A stretch of DNA of 64,000 nt from Escherichia coli (GTDB lineage: Bacteria > Pseudomonadota > Gammaproteobacteria > Enterobacterales > Enterobacteriaceae), in assembly GCF_003334385.1 (NCBI RefSeq), contig NZ_QOWN01000025.1; one strand, 5' to 3'. The notes beneath the pieces are model-generated. The model searched no databases. It saw only the letters and a list, made by a program, of their open reading frames with translations, and was not told where the DNA came from. Of this stretch, positions 23,490 to 34,986 are shown piece after piece. Position 1 is the first letter of the stretch. The number at the start of each line of letters is the position of its first letter. The position numbers and the translations under genes were made by a program.

Positions 23490-25769
23490 ATGGATGACCA
23501 GTTAAAACAAAGTGCACTTGATTTCCATGAATTTCCAGTTCCAGGGAAAATCCAGGTTTCTCCAACCAAGCCTCTGGCAACACAGCGCGATCTGGCGCTG
23601 GCCTACTCACCAGGCGTTGCCGCACCTTGTCTTGAAATCGAAAAAGACCCGTTAAAAGCCTACAAATATACCGCCCGCGGTAACCTGGTGGCGGTGATCT
23701 CTAACGGTACGGCGGTGCTGGGGTTAGGCAACATTGGCGCGCTGGCAGGCAAACCGGTGATGGAAGGCAAGGGCGTTCTGTTTAAGAAATTCGCCGGGAT
23801 TGATGTATTTGACATTGAAGTTGACGAACTCGACCCGGACAAATTTATTGAAGTTGTCGCCGCGCTCGAACCAACCTTCGGCGGCATCAACCTCGAAGAC
23901 ATTAAAGCGCCAGAATGTTTCTATATTGAACAGAAACTGCGCGAGCGGATGAATATTCCGGTATTCCACGACGATCAGCACGGCACGGCAATTATCAGCA
24001 CTGCCGCCATCCTCAACGGCTTGCGCGTGGTGGAGAAAAACATCTCCGACGTGCGGATGGTGGTTTCCGGCGCGGGTGCCGCAGCAATCGCCTGTATGAA
24101 CCTGCTGGTAGCGCTGGGTCTGCAAAAACATAACATCGTGGTTTGCGATTCAAAAGGCGTTATCTATCAGGGCCGTGAGCCAAACATGGCGGAAACCAAA
24201 GCCGCATATGCGGTGGTGGATGACGGCAAACGTACCCTCGATGATGTGATTGAAGGCGCGGATATTTTCCTGGGCTGTTCCGGCCCGAAAGTGCTGACCC
24301 AGGAAATGGTGAAGAAAATGGCTCGTGCGCCAATGATCCTGGCGCTGGCGAACCCGGAACCGGAAATTCTGCCGCCGCTGGCGAAAGAAGTGCGTCCGGA
24401 TGCCATCATTTGCACCGGTCGTTCTGACTATCCGAACCAGGTGAACAACGTCCTGTGCTTCCCGTTCATCTTCCGTGGCGCGCTGGACGTTGGCGCAACC
24501 GCCATCAACGAAGAGATGAAACTGGCGGCGGTACGTGCGATTGCAGAACTCGCCCATGCGGAACAGAGCGAAGTGGTGGCTTCAGCGTATGGCGATCAGG
24601 ATCTGAGCTTTGGTCCGGAATACATCATTCCAAAACCGTTTGATCCGCGCTTGATCGTTAAGATCGCTCCTGCGGTCGCTAAAGCCGCGATGGAGTCGGG
24701 CGTGGCGACTCGTCCGATTGCTGATTTCGACGTCTACATCGACAAGCTGACTGAGTTCGTTTACAAAACCAACCTGTTTATGAAGCCGATTTTCTCCCAG
24801 GCTCGCAAAGCGCCGAAGCGCGTTGTTCTGCCGGAAGGGGAAGAGGCGCGCGTTCTGCATGCCACTCAGGAACTGGTAACGCTGGGACTGGCGAAACCGA
24901 TCCTTATCGGTCGTCCGAACGTGATCGAAATGCGCATTCAGAAACTGGGCTTGCAGATCAAAGCGGGCGTTGATTTTGAGATCGTCAATAACGAATCCGA
25001 TCCGCGCTTTAAAGAGTACTGGACCGAATACTTCCAGATCATGAAGCGTCGCGGCGTCACTCAGGAACAGGCGCAGCGGGCGCTGATCAGTAACCCGACA
25101 GTGATCGGCGCGATCATGGTTCAGCGTGGGGAAGCCGATGCAATGATTTGCGGTACGGTGGGTGATTATCATGAACATTTTAGCGTGGTGAAAAATGTCT
25201 TTGGTTATCGCGATGGCGTTCACACCGCAGGTGCCATGAACGCGCTGCTGCTGCCGAGTGGTAACACCTTTATTGCCGATACATATGTTAATGATGAACC
25301 GGATGCAGAAGAGCTGGCGGAGATCACCTTGATGGCGGCAGAAACTGTCCGTCGTTTTGGTATTGAGCCGCGCGTTGCTTTGTTGTCGCACTCCAACTTT
25401 GGTTCTTCTGACTGCCCGTCGTCGAGCAAAATGCGTCAGGCGCTGGAACTGGTCAGGGAACGTGCACCAGAACTGATGATTGATGGTGAAATGCACGGCG
25501 ATGCAGCGCTGGTGGAAGCGATTCGCAACGACCGTATGCCGGACAGCTCTTTGAAAGGTTCCGCCAATATTCTGGTGATGCCGAACATGGAAGCTGCCCG
25601 CATTAGTTACAACTTACTGCGTGTTTCCAGCTCGGAAGGTGTGACTGTCGGCCCGGTGCTGATGGGTGTGGCGAAACCGGTTCACGTGTTAACGCCGATC
25701 GCATCGGTGCGTCGTATCGTCAACATGGTGGCGCTGGCCGTGGTAGAAGCGCAAACCCAACCGCTGTAA
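23490..25769 (+). CDS. maeB: NADP-dependent malic enzyme
   Basis: 759 aa; N-terminal malic-enzyme domain plus C-terminal phosphotransacetylase-like domain. Confidence 0.9.
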
Positions 25770-25788
25770 TTTTTTTTAACTCTCACGC

Positions 25789-25812
25789 TTACCCTGAATA
25801 TTCAGGGTAAGC
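25789..25812 (+). terminator. palindromic hairpin downstream of maeB
   Basis: CTTACCCTGAA-TATTCAGGGTAAG perfect palindrome, 20 nt after the maeB stop; weak T-tract. Confidence 0.35.
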
Positions 25813-26061
25813 AGTTTAGCTGCAATATATTAGTAAAGCTTATTACTGAGTTTGCGAATAATAAAAAAAAGCAGTCTATATAATATCTCGATATTATTTT
25901 ATTTATATTCATGCGTTGCATATGAAAGTTTATGCACCACAGCGAATATCTCTCCATTCTTAGTGATCTACCTCACCTTTTAAACGCGCTTGCCGAATTT
26001 TGTTATTTACTCTGACGAAAAATTGTCACGATACACGAAAGTTTTTCACAGGCGGCGACTC

Positions 26062-26397
26062 ATGGATAAAGAACGCATCATTCAGGAATTTGTGCCCGGC
26101 AAACAGGTCACACTGGCGCATCTCATCGCGCATCCCGGTGAGGAACTGGCGAAGAAAATCGGCGTTCCGGATGCGGGCGCAATTGGCATTATGACGCTAA
26201 CTCCCGGCGAAACGGCGATGATCGCCGGTGATTTAGCGCTGAAAGCCGCTGATGTGCATATCGGTTTTCTCGACCGATTCAGCGGTGCATTGGTGATTTA
26301 TGGCTCGGTGGGCGCAGTAGAAGAAGCGTTATCACAAACCGTCAGCGGTTTAGGTCGCTTATTAAATTATACGCTTTGTGAAATGACCAAAAGTTAA
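26062..26397 (+). CDS. eutS: ethanolamine microcompartment shell protein EutS (permuted BMC domain)
   Basis: ATG 26062 gives [10 protein letters not shown] (111 aa); first gene of the eut cluster. Confidence 0.9.
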
Positions 26398-26409
26398 TAC
26401 GAGGCATTC

Positions 26410-26889
26410 ATGAAACGAATTGCGTTTGTGGGTAGCGTCGGGGCAGGAAAAACAACGTTATTTAATGCGTTGCAGGGGAATTATACCCTCGCCAGAAAAA
26501 CACAGGCCGTGGAATTTAATGATAAGGGCGATATTGATACGCCGGGTGAATATTTTAACCATCCCCGCTGGTATCACGCCTTAATTACCACGCTACAGGA
26601 TGTAGACATGCTGATCTATGTCCATGGCGCAAATGACCCGGAAAGTCGGTTGCCTGCCGGGTTGCTGGATATTGGCGTCAGCAAACGGCAAATCGCCGTC
26701 ATCAGTAAAACGGACATGCCAGATGCTGACGTCGCCGCAACGCGAAAGTTATTGCTTGAGACGGGTTTCGAAGAGCCGATTTTCGAGCTAAACAGCCACG
26801 ACCCGCAAAGCGTGCAGCAACTGGTGGATTATCTGGCATCTCTCACCAAACAGGAGGAAGCAGGTGAAAAAACTCATCACAGCGAATGA
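26410..26889 (+). CDS. eutP: ethanolamine utilisation P-loop NTPase
   Basis: 159 aa; Walker A GSVGAGKTT. Confidence 0.9.
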   Translation: MKRIAFVGSVGAGKTTLFNALQGNYTLARKTQAVEFNDKGDIDTPGEYFNHPRWYHALITTLQDVDMLIYVHGANDPESRLPAGLLDIGVSKRQIAVISKTDMPDADVAATRKLLLETGFEEPIFELNSHDPQSVQQLVDYLASLTKQEEAGEKTHHSE

Positions 26890-27565
26890 TATTCGTGAAG
26901 CACACGCGCGCGGCGAACAGGCAATGTCCGTGGTTCTGCGCGCCAGCATTATTACCCCGGAAGCCCGTGAAGTGGCGGATCTACTGGGTTTTACCATCAC
27001 CGAATGTGATGAATCGATCCCGGTAACGGCGTCCGTGCCCGCCAGCGTGCCAGCCGACAAAACCGAAAGCCAGCGCATCCGCGAAACCATCATTGCCCAG
27101 CTGCCGGAAGGCCAGTTTACCGAAAGCCTGGTCGCACAGCTGATGGAAAAAGTGATGAAGGAAAAACAGTCGCTGGAGCAGGGCGCAATGCAGCCGAGCT
27201 TCAAATCGGTGACCGGCAAAGGCGGCATCAAAGTGATTGATGGCAGTAGCGTCAAGTTTGGTCGTTTCGACGGCGCAGAGCCGCATTGCGTGGGCTTGAC
27301 TGATCTTGTGACCGGAGACGACGGCAGCAGCATGGCCGCCGGTTTTATGCAGTGGGAGAACGCATTCTTCCCGTGGACCCTGAACTACGACGAAATCGAC
27401 ATGGTGCTGGAAGGGGAGCTGCATGTTCGCCACGAAGGCCAAACCATGATCGCCAAAGCAGGCGACGTGATGTTTATCCCGAAAGGCTCCAGCATCGAAT
27501 TTGGTACGACATCCAGCGTGAAATTCCTGTATGTCGCCTGGCCGGCTAACTGGCAATCCCTATGA
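26864..27565 (+). CDS. eutQ: ethanolamine utilisation cupin-fold protein
   Basis: 233 aa; overlaps the eutP 3' end by 26 nt. Confidence 0.85.
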   Translation: MKKLITANDIREAHARGEQAMSVVLRASIITPEAREVADLLGFTITECDESIPVTASVPASVPADKTESQRIRETIIAQLPEGQFTESLVAQLMEKVMKEKQSLEQGAMQPSFKSVTGKGGIKVIDGSSVKFGRFDGAEPHCVGLTDLVTGDDGSSMAAGFMQWENAFFPWTLNYDEIDMVLEGELHVRHEGQTMIAKAGDVMFIPKGSSIEFGTTSSVKFLYVAWPANWQSL

Positions 27566-28365
27566 AAGATTTCATCACCGAAGCATGGCTAAGAGCGAAC
27601 CATACGCTCAGCGAAGGCGCAGAGATCCATCTCCCTGCGGACAGTCGCCTGACGCCCTCTGCCCGGGAGTTGCTGGAAAGCCGCCATCTGCGCATCAAGT
27701 TTATTGACGAGCAGGGCCGCCTGTTTGTTGACGATGAACAGCAGCAGCCGCAGCCCGTTCATGGGCTGACCAGTAGCGATGAACATCCGCAGGCGTGCTG
27801 CGAACTGTGTCGCCAGCCGGTGGCAAAAAAGCCGGATACGCTGACTCACCTGTCGGCGGAAAAAATGGTCGCCAAAAGCGATCCGCGTCTGGGTTTTCGC
27901 GCGGTTCTCGACAGCACCATTGCGCTGGCAGTGTGGCTGCAAATTGAACTGGCGGAACCGTGGCAGCCGTGGCTGGCGGATATCCGTTCGCGTCTTGGCA
28001 ACATTATGCGCGCCGATGCGCTGGGGGAACCGCTGGGCTGCCAGGCGATTGTCGGGCTTTCTGACGAAGATCTGCATCGGCTTTCTCATCAGCCGCTGCG
28101 CTATCTCGACCACGATCATCTGGTGCCGGAAGCCAGCCACGGGCGCGATGCTGCGTTGCTCAATCTGCTACGCACCAAAGTGCGGGAAACCGAAACCGTA
28201 GCGGCGCAGGTCTTTATCACCCGCAGCTTTGAAGTATTACGCCCGGACATTTTGCAGGCGCTGAACCGCCTTTCGAGCACGGTCTACGTGATGATGATCC
28301 TGAGCGTAACGAAGCAGCCGCTAACGGTGAAGCAGATCCAACAACGACTGGGGGAAACGCAATGA
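27562..28365 (+). CDS. eutT: ethanolamine utilisation cobalamin adenosyltransferase
   Basis: 267 aa; 4-nt overlap with eutQ; Cys-rich HPQACCELC motif. Confidence 0.85.
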
Positions 28366-29378
28366 TTATTGAACGTTGTCGTGAACTGGCGTTGCGAGCG
28401 CCCGCCAGAGTGGTTTTTCCGGATGCGTTAGACCAACGTGTGCTGAAAGCCGCGCAATATTTACATCAACAAGGTCTGGCAACGCCCATTCTGGTCGCCA
28501 ATCCGTTTGAACTTCGTCAGTTTGCGCTCAGTCACGGCGTGGCGATGGACGGGCTACAGGTGATTGATCCGCATGGCAACCTCGCAATGCGGGAAGAATT
28601 TGCTCATCGCTGGCTGGCCCGCGCGGGCGAAAAAACGCCGCCGGATGCGCTGGAAAAACTTACCGACCCTCTGATGTTCGCCGCAGCAATGGTCAGCGCC
28701 GGTAAAGCGGATGTCTGTATCGCGGGCAACCTCTCTTCCACGGCAAATGTGCTGCGTGCCGGATTACGCATTATCGGCTTGCAGCCAGGCTGTAAAACGC
28801 TCTCTTCCATTTTCCTGATGTTGCCACAGTACAGCGGCCCGGCGTTGGGCTTTGCCGATTGCAGCGTGGTGCCACAGCCGACGGCGGCGCAGCTGGCGGA
28901 TATCGCGCTTGCCAGTGCCGAAACCTGGCGCGCCATCACCGGAGAAGAGCCGCGCGTGGCGATGCTGTCGTTTTCCAGCAATGGTAGCGCCCGTCACCCC
29001 TGTGTTGCTAACGTCCAGCAGGCGACAGAAATCGTCCGTGAGCGCGCACCAAAGCTGGTGGTGGATGGCGAGTTACAGTTTGACGCCGCCTTCGTGCCGG
29101 AAGTGGCGGCGCAAAAAGCGCCTGCCAGCCCGCTACAGGGCAAGGCCAATGTGATGGTTTTTCCGTCGCTGGAAGCCGGAAATATTGGTTACAAAATCGC
29201 ACAACGACTCGGCGGATATCGTGCCGTCGGGCCACTGATACAAGGACTTGCCGCGCCGATGCACGATCTCTCTCGTGGTTGTAGCGTGCAGGAAATTATC
29301 GAGCTGGCGCTGGTGGCAGCTGTGCCGCGTCAGACAGAAGTGAACCGCGAAAGCAGTTTACAAACACTGGTTGAATGA
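28362..29378 (+). CDS. eutD: phosphotransacetylase EutD (EutI)
   Basis: 338 aa Pta-like; 4-nt overlap with eutT. Confidence 0.9.
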
Positions 29379-29416
29379 ACGGTCCCGTTCTGGACCCTGA
29401 TAAAGAGGAAAGCACA

Positions 29417-29710
29417 ATGGAAGCATTAGGAATGATCGAAACCCGGGGCCTGGTTGCACTGATTGAGGCTTCTGACGCGATGGTGAAAGCTGCGCGCGTC
29501 AAGCTGGTTGGTGTTAAGCAGATTGGCGGCGGCCTGTGTACTGCCATGGTTCGTGGTGATGTTGCAGCCTGTAAAGCCGCGACCGATGCAGGTGCCGCAG
29601 CGGCACAGCGTATCGGCGAGCTGGTATCTGTACACGTTATCCCGCGTCCGCACGGCGACCTGGAAGAAGTCTTCCCGATCGGCCTGAAAGGCGATAGCAG
29701 CAACCTGTAA
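29417..29710 (+). CDS. eutM: microcompartment shell protein EutM (BMC hexamer)
   Basis: ATG 29417 gives [26 protein letters not shown] (97 aa), canonical BMC domain. Confidence 0.9.
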   Translation: MEALGMIETRGLVALIEASDAMVKAARVKLVGVKQIGGGLCTAMVRGDVAACKAATDAGAAAAQRIGELVSVHVIPRPHGDLEEVFPIGLKGDSSNL

Positions 29711-29816
29711 TCACCCTGTGTGACGTCGATTCGGGCGTCACGCTCTCTCCTTTTTCATTTTACCTTCTGCGGAGGGTAGGGGGAGCTTTTACCTGAAATA
29801 CGCCACGGAGGCGGGT

Positions 29817-30104
29817 ATGAAACTGGCAGTCGTCACTGGACAAATTGTTTGTACCGTACGCCATCACGGACTGGCGCATGACAAATTGCTGATGGTGGAA
29901 ATGATTGATCCACAAGGTAATCCTGACGGGCAATGCGCCGTCGCCATCGACAATATTGGCGCGGGAACCGGGGAGTGGGTGTTACTGGTGAGTGGCAGTT
30001 CCGCCCGCCAGGCGCATAAAAGCGAAACGTCACCGGTCGATCTGTGCGTGATTGGCATTGTCGATGAGGTGGTGTCTGGCGGTCAGGTAATTTTCCACAA
30101 ATAA
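29817..30104 (+). CDS. eutN: microcompartment vertex protein EutN (BMV pentamer)
   Basis: 95 aa (MKLAVVTGQIVCTVRHHG). Confidence 0.9.
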   Translation: MKLAVVTGQIVCTVRHHGLAHDKLLMVEMIDPQGNPDGQCAVAIDNIGAGTGEWVLLVSGSSARQAHKSETSPVDLCVIGIVDEVVSGGQVIFHK

Positions 30105-30115
30105 GGCAGAACATC

Positions 30116-31519
30116 ATGAATCAACAGGATATTGAACAGGTGGTGAAAGCGGTACTGCTGAAAATGCAAAGCAGTGACACGCCGTCCGCCGCCGTTCATG
30201 AGATGGGCGTTTTCGCGTCCCTGGATGACGCCGTTGCGGCAGCCAAAGTCGCCCAGCAAGGGTTAAAAAGCGTGGCAATGCGCCAGTTAGCCATTGCTGC
30301 CATTCGTGAAGCAGGCGAAAAACACGCCAGAGATTTAGCGGAACTTGCCGTCAGTGAAACCGGCATGGGGCGCGTTGAAGATAAATTTGCAAAAAACGTC
30401 GCTCAGGCGCGCGGCACACCAGGCGTTGAGTGCCTCTCTCCGCAAGTGCTGACTGGCGACAACGGCCTGACCCTAATTGAAAACGCACCCTGGGGCGTGG
30501 TGGCTTCGGTGACGCCTTCCACTAACCCGGCGGCAACCGTAATTAACAACGCCATCAGCCTGATTGCCGCGGGCAACAGCGTCATTTTTGCCCCGCATCC
30601 GGCGGCGAAAAAAGTCTCCCAGCGGGCGATTACGCTGCTCAACCAGGCGATTGTTGCCGCAGGTGGGCCGGAAAACTTACTGGTTACTGTGGCAAATCCG
30701 GATATCGAAACCGCGCAACGCTTGTTCAAGTTTCCGGGTATCGGCCTGCTGGTGGTAACCGGCGGCGAAGCGGTAGTAGAAGCGGCGCGTAAACACACCA
30801 ATAAACGTCTGATTGCCGCAGGCGCTGGCAACCCGCCGGTAGTGGTGGATGAAACCGCCGACCTCGCCCGTGCCGCTCAGTCCATCGTCAAAGGCGCTTC
30901 TTTCGATAACAACATCATTTGTGCCGACGAAAAGGTACTGATTGTTGTTGATAGCGTAGCCGATGAACTGATGCGTCTGATGGAAGGCCAGCACGCGGTG
31001 AAACTGACCGCAGAACAGGCGCAGCAGCTGCAACCGGTGTTGCTGAAAAATATCGACGAGCGCGGAAAAGGCACCGTCAGCCGTGACTGGGTTGGTCGCG
31101 ACGCAGGCAAAATCGCGGCGGCAATCGGCCTTAAAGTTCCGCAAGAAACGCGCCTGCTGTTTGTGGAAACCACCGCAGAACATCCGTTTGCCGTGACTGA
31201 ACTGATGATGCCGGTGTTGCCCGTCGTGCGCGTCGCCAACGTGGCGGATGCCATTGCGCTAGCGGTGAAACTGGAAGGCGGTTGCCACCACACGGCGGCA
31301 ATGCACTCGCGCAACATCGAAAACATGAACCAGATGGCGAATGCTATTGATACCAGCATTTTCGTTAAGAACGGACCGTGCATTGCCGGGCTGGGGCTGG
31401 GCGGGGAAGGCTGGACCACCATGACCATCACCACGCCAACCGGTGAAGGGGTAACCAGCGCGCGTACGTTTGTCCGTCTGCGTCGCTGTGTATTAGTCGA
31501 TGCGTTTCGCATTGTTTAA
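30116..31519 (+). CDS. eutE: CoA-acylating acetaldehyde dehydrogenase
   Basis: 467 aa aldehyde dehydrogenase family; N-terminal amphipathic helix (encapsulation-peptide-like). Confidence 0.9.
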   Translation: MNQQDIEQVVKAVLLKMQSSDTPSAAVHEMGVFASLDDAVAAAKVAQQGLKSVAMRQLAIAAIREAGEKHARDLAELAVSETGMGRVEDKFAKNVAQARGTPGVECLSPQVLTGDNGLTLIENAPWGVVASVTPSTNPAATVINNAISLIAAGNSVIFAPHPAAKKVSQRAITLLNQAIVAAGGPENLLVTVANPDIETAQRLFKFPGIGLLVVTGGEAVVEAARKHTNKRLIAAGAGNPPVVVDETADLARAAQSIVKGASFDNNIICADEKVLIVVDSVADELMRLMEGQHAVKLTAEQAQQLQPVLLKNIDERGKGTVSRDWVGRDAGKIAAAIGLKVPQETRLLFVETTAEHPFAVTELMMPVLPVVRVANVADAIALAVKLEGGCHHTAAMHSRNIENMNQMANAIDTSIFVKNGPCIAGLGLGGEGWTTMTITTPTGEGVTSARTFVRLRRCVLVDAFRIV

Positions 31520-31529
31520 GGAGTAACAG

Positions 31530-32366
31530 ATGGCGCACGACGAACAATGGCTCACCCCACGTCTGCAAACGGCGGCAACGCTGTGTAACCAGACGCCCGC
31601 CGCGACGGAATCTCCGCTGTGGCTGGGGGTGGATCTGGGCACCTGCGATGTGGTGTCGATGGTTGTCGACCGCGACGGTCAGCCAGTGGCGGTATGCCTC
31701 GACTGGGCCGATGTGGTTCGCGACGGCATCGTCTGGGATTTCTTCGGCGCTGTCACCATTGTTCGTCGCCATCTCGACACGCTCGAGCAGCAATTCGGTC
31801 GTCGTTTTAGCCATGCGGCGACTTCATTTCCTCCAGGTACGGACCCGCGTATTTCCATCAACGTGCTGGAATCTGCCGGACTGGAAGTGAGCCATGTGCT
31901 GGATGAGCCAACCGCAGTTGCGGATCTGCTGCAACTGGACAACGCCGGTGTAGTGGATATCGGCGGCGGCACTACCGGCATTGCCATCGTGAAAAAGGGC
32001 AAGGTGACGTACTCGGCGGATGAAGCCACCGGCGGACATCACATCTCTCTGACTCTCGCCGGAAATCGCCGTATTTCGCTGGAAGAGGCGGAGCAGTACA
32101 AGCGCGGTCACGGTGAAGAGATTTGGCCTGCGGTGAAACCGGTGTACGAAAAAATGGCGGACATTGTCGCCCGGCATATTGAAGGGCAGGGCATTACTGA
32201 TTTATGGCTGGCGGGCGGCTCTTGTATGCAACCGGGCGTGGCGGAACTGTTTCGCAAACAATTCCCGGCGTTACAGGTGCATTTACCGCAGCACAGTTTG
32301 TTTATGACCCCGCTGGCGATCGCCAGTAGTGGGCGAGAGAAAGCGGAGGGGCTATATGCAAAATGA
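31530..32366 (+). CDS. eutJ: Hsp70/actin-fold chaperone-like protein EutJ
   Basis: 278 aa; DLGTCDV and DIGGGTTG ATPase motifs. Confidence 0.9.
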   Translation: MAHDEQWLTPRLQTAATLCNQTPAATESPLWLGVDLGTCDVVSMVVDRDGQPVAVCLDWADVVRDGIVWDFFGAVTIVRRHLDTLEQQFGRRFSHAATSFPPGTDPRISINVLESAGLEVSHVLDEPTAVADLLQLDNAGVVDIGGGTTGIAIVKKGKVTYSADEATGGHHISLTLAGNRRISLEEAEQYKRGHGEEIWPAVKPVYEKMADIVARHIEGQGITDLWLAGGSCMQPGVAELFRKQFPALQVHLPQHSLFMTPLAIASSGREKAEGLYAK

Positions 32367-33543
32367 ATTGCAGACCGCGCTCTTTCAGGCGTTCGATACC
32401 CTGAATCTGCAACGGGTAAAAACATTTAGCGTTCCACCGGTGACGCTTTGCGGTCCGGGCTCGGTGAGCAGTTGCGGACAGCAAGCGCAAACGCGTGGGC
32501 TGAAACATCTGTTCGTGATGGCAGACAGCTTTTTGCATCAGGCAGGGATGACCGCCGGGCTGACGCGTAGCCTGACCGTTAAAGGTATCGCCATGACGCT
32601 CTGGCCATGTCCGGTGGGCGAACCGTGCATTACCGACGTGTGTGCAGCCGTGGCGCAGTTGCGTGAGTCAGGCTGTGATGGGGTGATCGCGTTTGGCGGC
32701 GGCTCGGTGCTGGATGCGGCGAAAGCCGTGACGTTGCTGGTGACGAACCCGGATAGCACGCTGGCAGAGATGTCAGAAACCAGCGTTCTGCAACCGCGCT
32801 TGCCGCTGATTGCCATTCCAACTACCGCCGGAACCGGCTCTGAAACCACCAATGTAACGGTGATTATCGACGCGGTGAGCGGGCGCAAGCAGGTGTTAGC
32901 CCATGCCTCGCTGATGCCGGATGTGGCGATCCTCGACGCCGCATTGACCGAAGGTGTGCCGTCGCATGTCACGGCGATGACCGGCATTGATGCGTTAACC
33001 CATGCCATTGAAGCATACAGCGCCCTGAACGCTACACCGTTTACCGACAGTCTGGCGATTGGTGCCATTGCGATGATTGGCAAATCGCTGCCGAAAGCGG
33101 TGGGCTACGGTCACGACCTTGCCGCGCGCGAGAGCATGTTGCTGGCTTCATGTATGGCGGGAATGGCGTTTTCCAGTGCGGGTCTTGGGTTGTGCCACGC
33201 GATGGCGCATCAGCCGGGCGCGGCGCTGCATATTCCGCACGGTCTCGCGAACGCCATGTTGCTGCCAACGGTGATGGAATTTAACCGGATGGTTTGTCGT
33301 GAACGCTTTAGTCAGATTGGTCGGGCACTGCGAACTAAAAAATCCGACGATCGTGACGCTATTAACGCGGTAAGTGAGCTGATTGCGGAAGTTGGGATTG
33401 GTAAACGACTGGGCGATGTTGGTGCGACATCTGCGCATTACGGCGCATGGGCGCAGGCCGCGCTGGAAGATATTTGTCTGCGCAGTAACCCGCGTACCGC
33501 CAGCCTGGAGCAGATTGTCGGCCTGTACGCAGCGGCGCAATAA
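32356..33543 (+). CDS. eutG: iron-containing alcohol dehydrogenase EutG
   Basis: ORF 32329..33543; ATG 32356 gives MQNELQTALF (395 aa); overlaps eutJ by 11 nt. Confidence 0.9.
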   Translation: MQNELQTALFQAFDTLNLQRVKTFSVPPVTLCGPGSVSSCGQQAQTRGLKHLFVMADSFLHQAGMTAGLTRSLTVKGIAMTLWPCPVGEPCITDVCAAVAQLRESGCDGVIAFGGGSVLDAAKAVTLLVTNPDSTLAEMSETSVLQPRLPLIAIPTTAGTGSETTNVTVIIDAVSGRKQVLAHASLMPDVAILDAALTEGVPSHVTAMTGIDALTHAIEAYSALNATPFTDSLAIGAIAMIGKSLPKAVGYGHDLAARESMLLASCMAGMAFSSAGLGLCHAMAHQPGAALHIPHGLANAMLLPTVMEFNRMVCRERFSQIGRALRTKKSDDRDAINAVSELIAEVGIGKRLGDVGATSAHYGAWAQAALEDICLRSNPRTASLEQIVGLYAAAQ

Positions 33544-33545
33544 AT

Positions 33546-33745
<200 letters not shown>

Positions 33746-33759
33746 AGGGAGTAAAGGCG

Positions 33760-34986
33760 ATGGGAATTAACGAAATCATCATGTACATCATGATGTTCTT
33801 TATGCTGATAGCTGCCGTAGACAGGATCCTGTCGCAGTTCGGCGGTTCTGCTCGTTTCCTCGGTAAGTTCGGTAAAAGTATCGAAGGATCAGGCGGTCAG
33901 TTCGAAGAAGGCTTTATGGCAATGGGCGCACTGGGCCTGGCGATGGTCGGTATGACCGCGCTGGCACCGGTACTGGCTCACGTTCTCGGGCCGGTAATTA
34001 TTCCGGTTTACGAAATGCTCGGCGCTAACCCATCGATGTTCGCCGGAACACTGCTGGCGTGCGATATGGGCGGCTTCTTCCTCGCCAAAGAGCTGGCGGG
34101 CGGCGACGTAGCCGCGTGGCTATACTCTGGGTTAATTCTCGGGTCGATGATGGGGCCAACGATTGTGTTTTCCATTCCGGTGGCGCTCGGCATTATCGAA
34201 CCTTCTGACCGTCGTTATCTGGCGCTCGGCGTGCTGGCGGGCATTGTGACCATTCCGATTGGTTGTATCGCTGGTGGTCTGGTTGCTATGTACTCCGGTG
34301 TGCAGATCAACGGCCAGCCGGTGGAATTCACTTTCGCCCTGATCCTGATGAACATGATCCCGGTGATCATTGTTGCGATTCTGGTGGCGCTGGGGCTGAA
34401 ATTCATCCCGGAAAAAATGATCAACGGCTTCCAGATCTTCGCCAAATTCCTCGTTGCATTGATCACCCTCGGTCTTGCCGCTGCGGTAGTGAAATTCCTG
34501 CTTGGCTGGGAACTGATCCCCGGTCTGGATCCTATCTTTATGGCCCCTGGCGATAAACCCGGTGAGGTGATGCGCGCCATTGAAGTTATCGGTTCTATCT
34601 CCTGCGTTCTGTTAGGGGCGTATCCGATGGTGCTGCTGCTGACTCGCTGGTTTGAAAAACCGCTGATGAGCGTCGGTAAAGTACTGAATATGAACAACAT
34701 CGCGGCAGCCGGCATGGTGGCAACGCTTGCCAACAACATCCCGATGTTCGGCATGATGAAGCAGATGGATACCCGCGGCAAAGTCATCAACTGCGCCTTC
34801 GCCGTTTCCGCTGCTTTCGCCCTGGGCGACCACTTAGGCTTCGCCGCTGCCAACATGAACGCCATGATCTTCCCGATGATTGTCGGCAAGTTGATCGGCG
34901 GCGTAACGGCGATTGGCGTGGCGATGATGCTGGTGCCAAAAGAAGACGCGACCGCGACTAAAACCGAAGCGGAGGCACAATCGTGA
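33760..34986 (+). CDS. eutH: ethanolamine permease EutH
   Basis: 408 aa polytopic membrane protein. Confidence 0.9.
   Translation: MGINEIIMYIMMFFMLIAAVDRILSQFGGSARFLGKFGKSIEGSGGQFEEGFMAMGALGLAMVGMTALAPVLAHVLGPVIIPVYEMLGANPSMFAGTLLACDMGGFFLAKELAGGDVAAWLYSGLILGSMMGPTIVFSIPVALGIIEPSDRRYLALGVLAGIVTIPIGCIAGGLVAMYSGVQINGQPVEFTFALILMNMIPVIIVAILVALGLKFIPEKMINGFQIFAKFLVALITLGLAAAVVKFLLGWELIPGLDPIFMAPGDKPGEVMRAIEVIGSISCVLLGAYPMVLLLTRWFEKPLMSVGKVLNMNNIAAAGMVATLANNIPMFGMMKQMDTRGKVINCAFAVSAAFALGDHLGFAAANMNAMIFPMIVGKLIGGVTAIGVAMMLVPKEDATATKTEAEAQS

Noticed and set aside
24582-25496. 304-aa ORF antisense to maeB, plus similar long antisense ORFs at 16318..17226, 6028..6807, 21275..22012 and 51787..52515
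   Set aside because: All lie wholly inside well-supported genes on the opposite strand, with no independent start signals; typical frame shadows.
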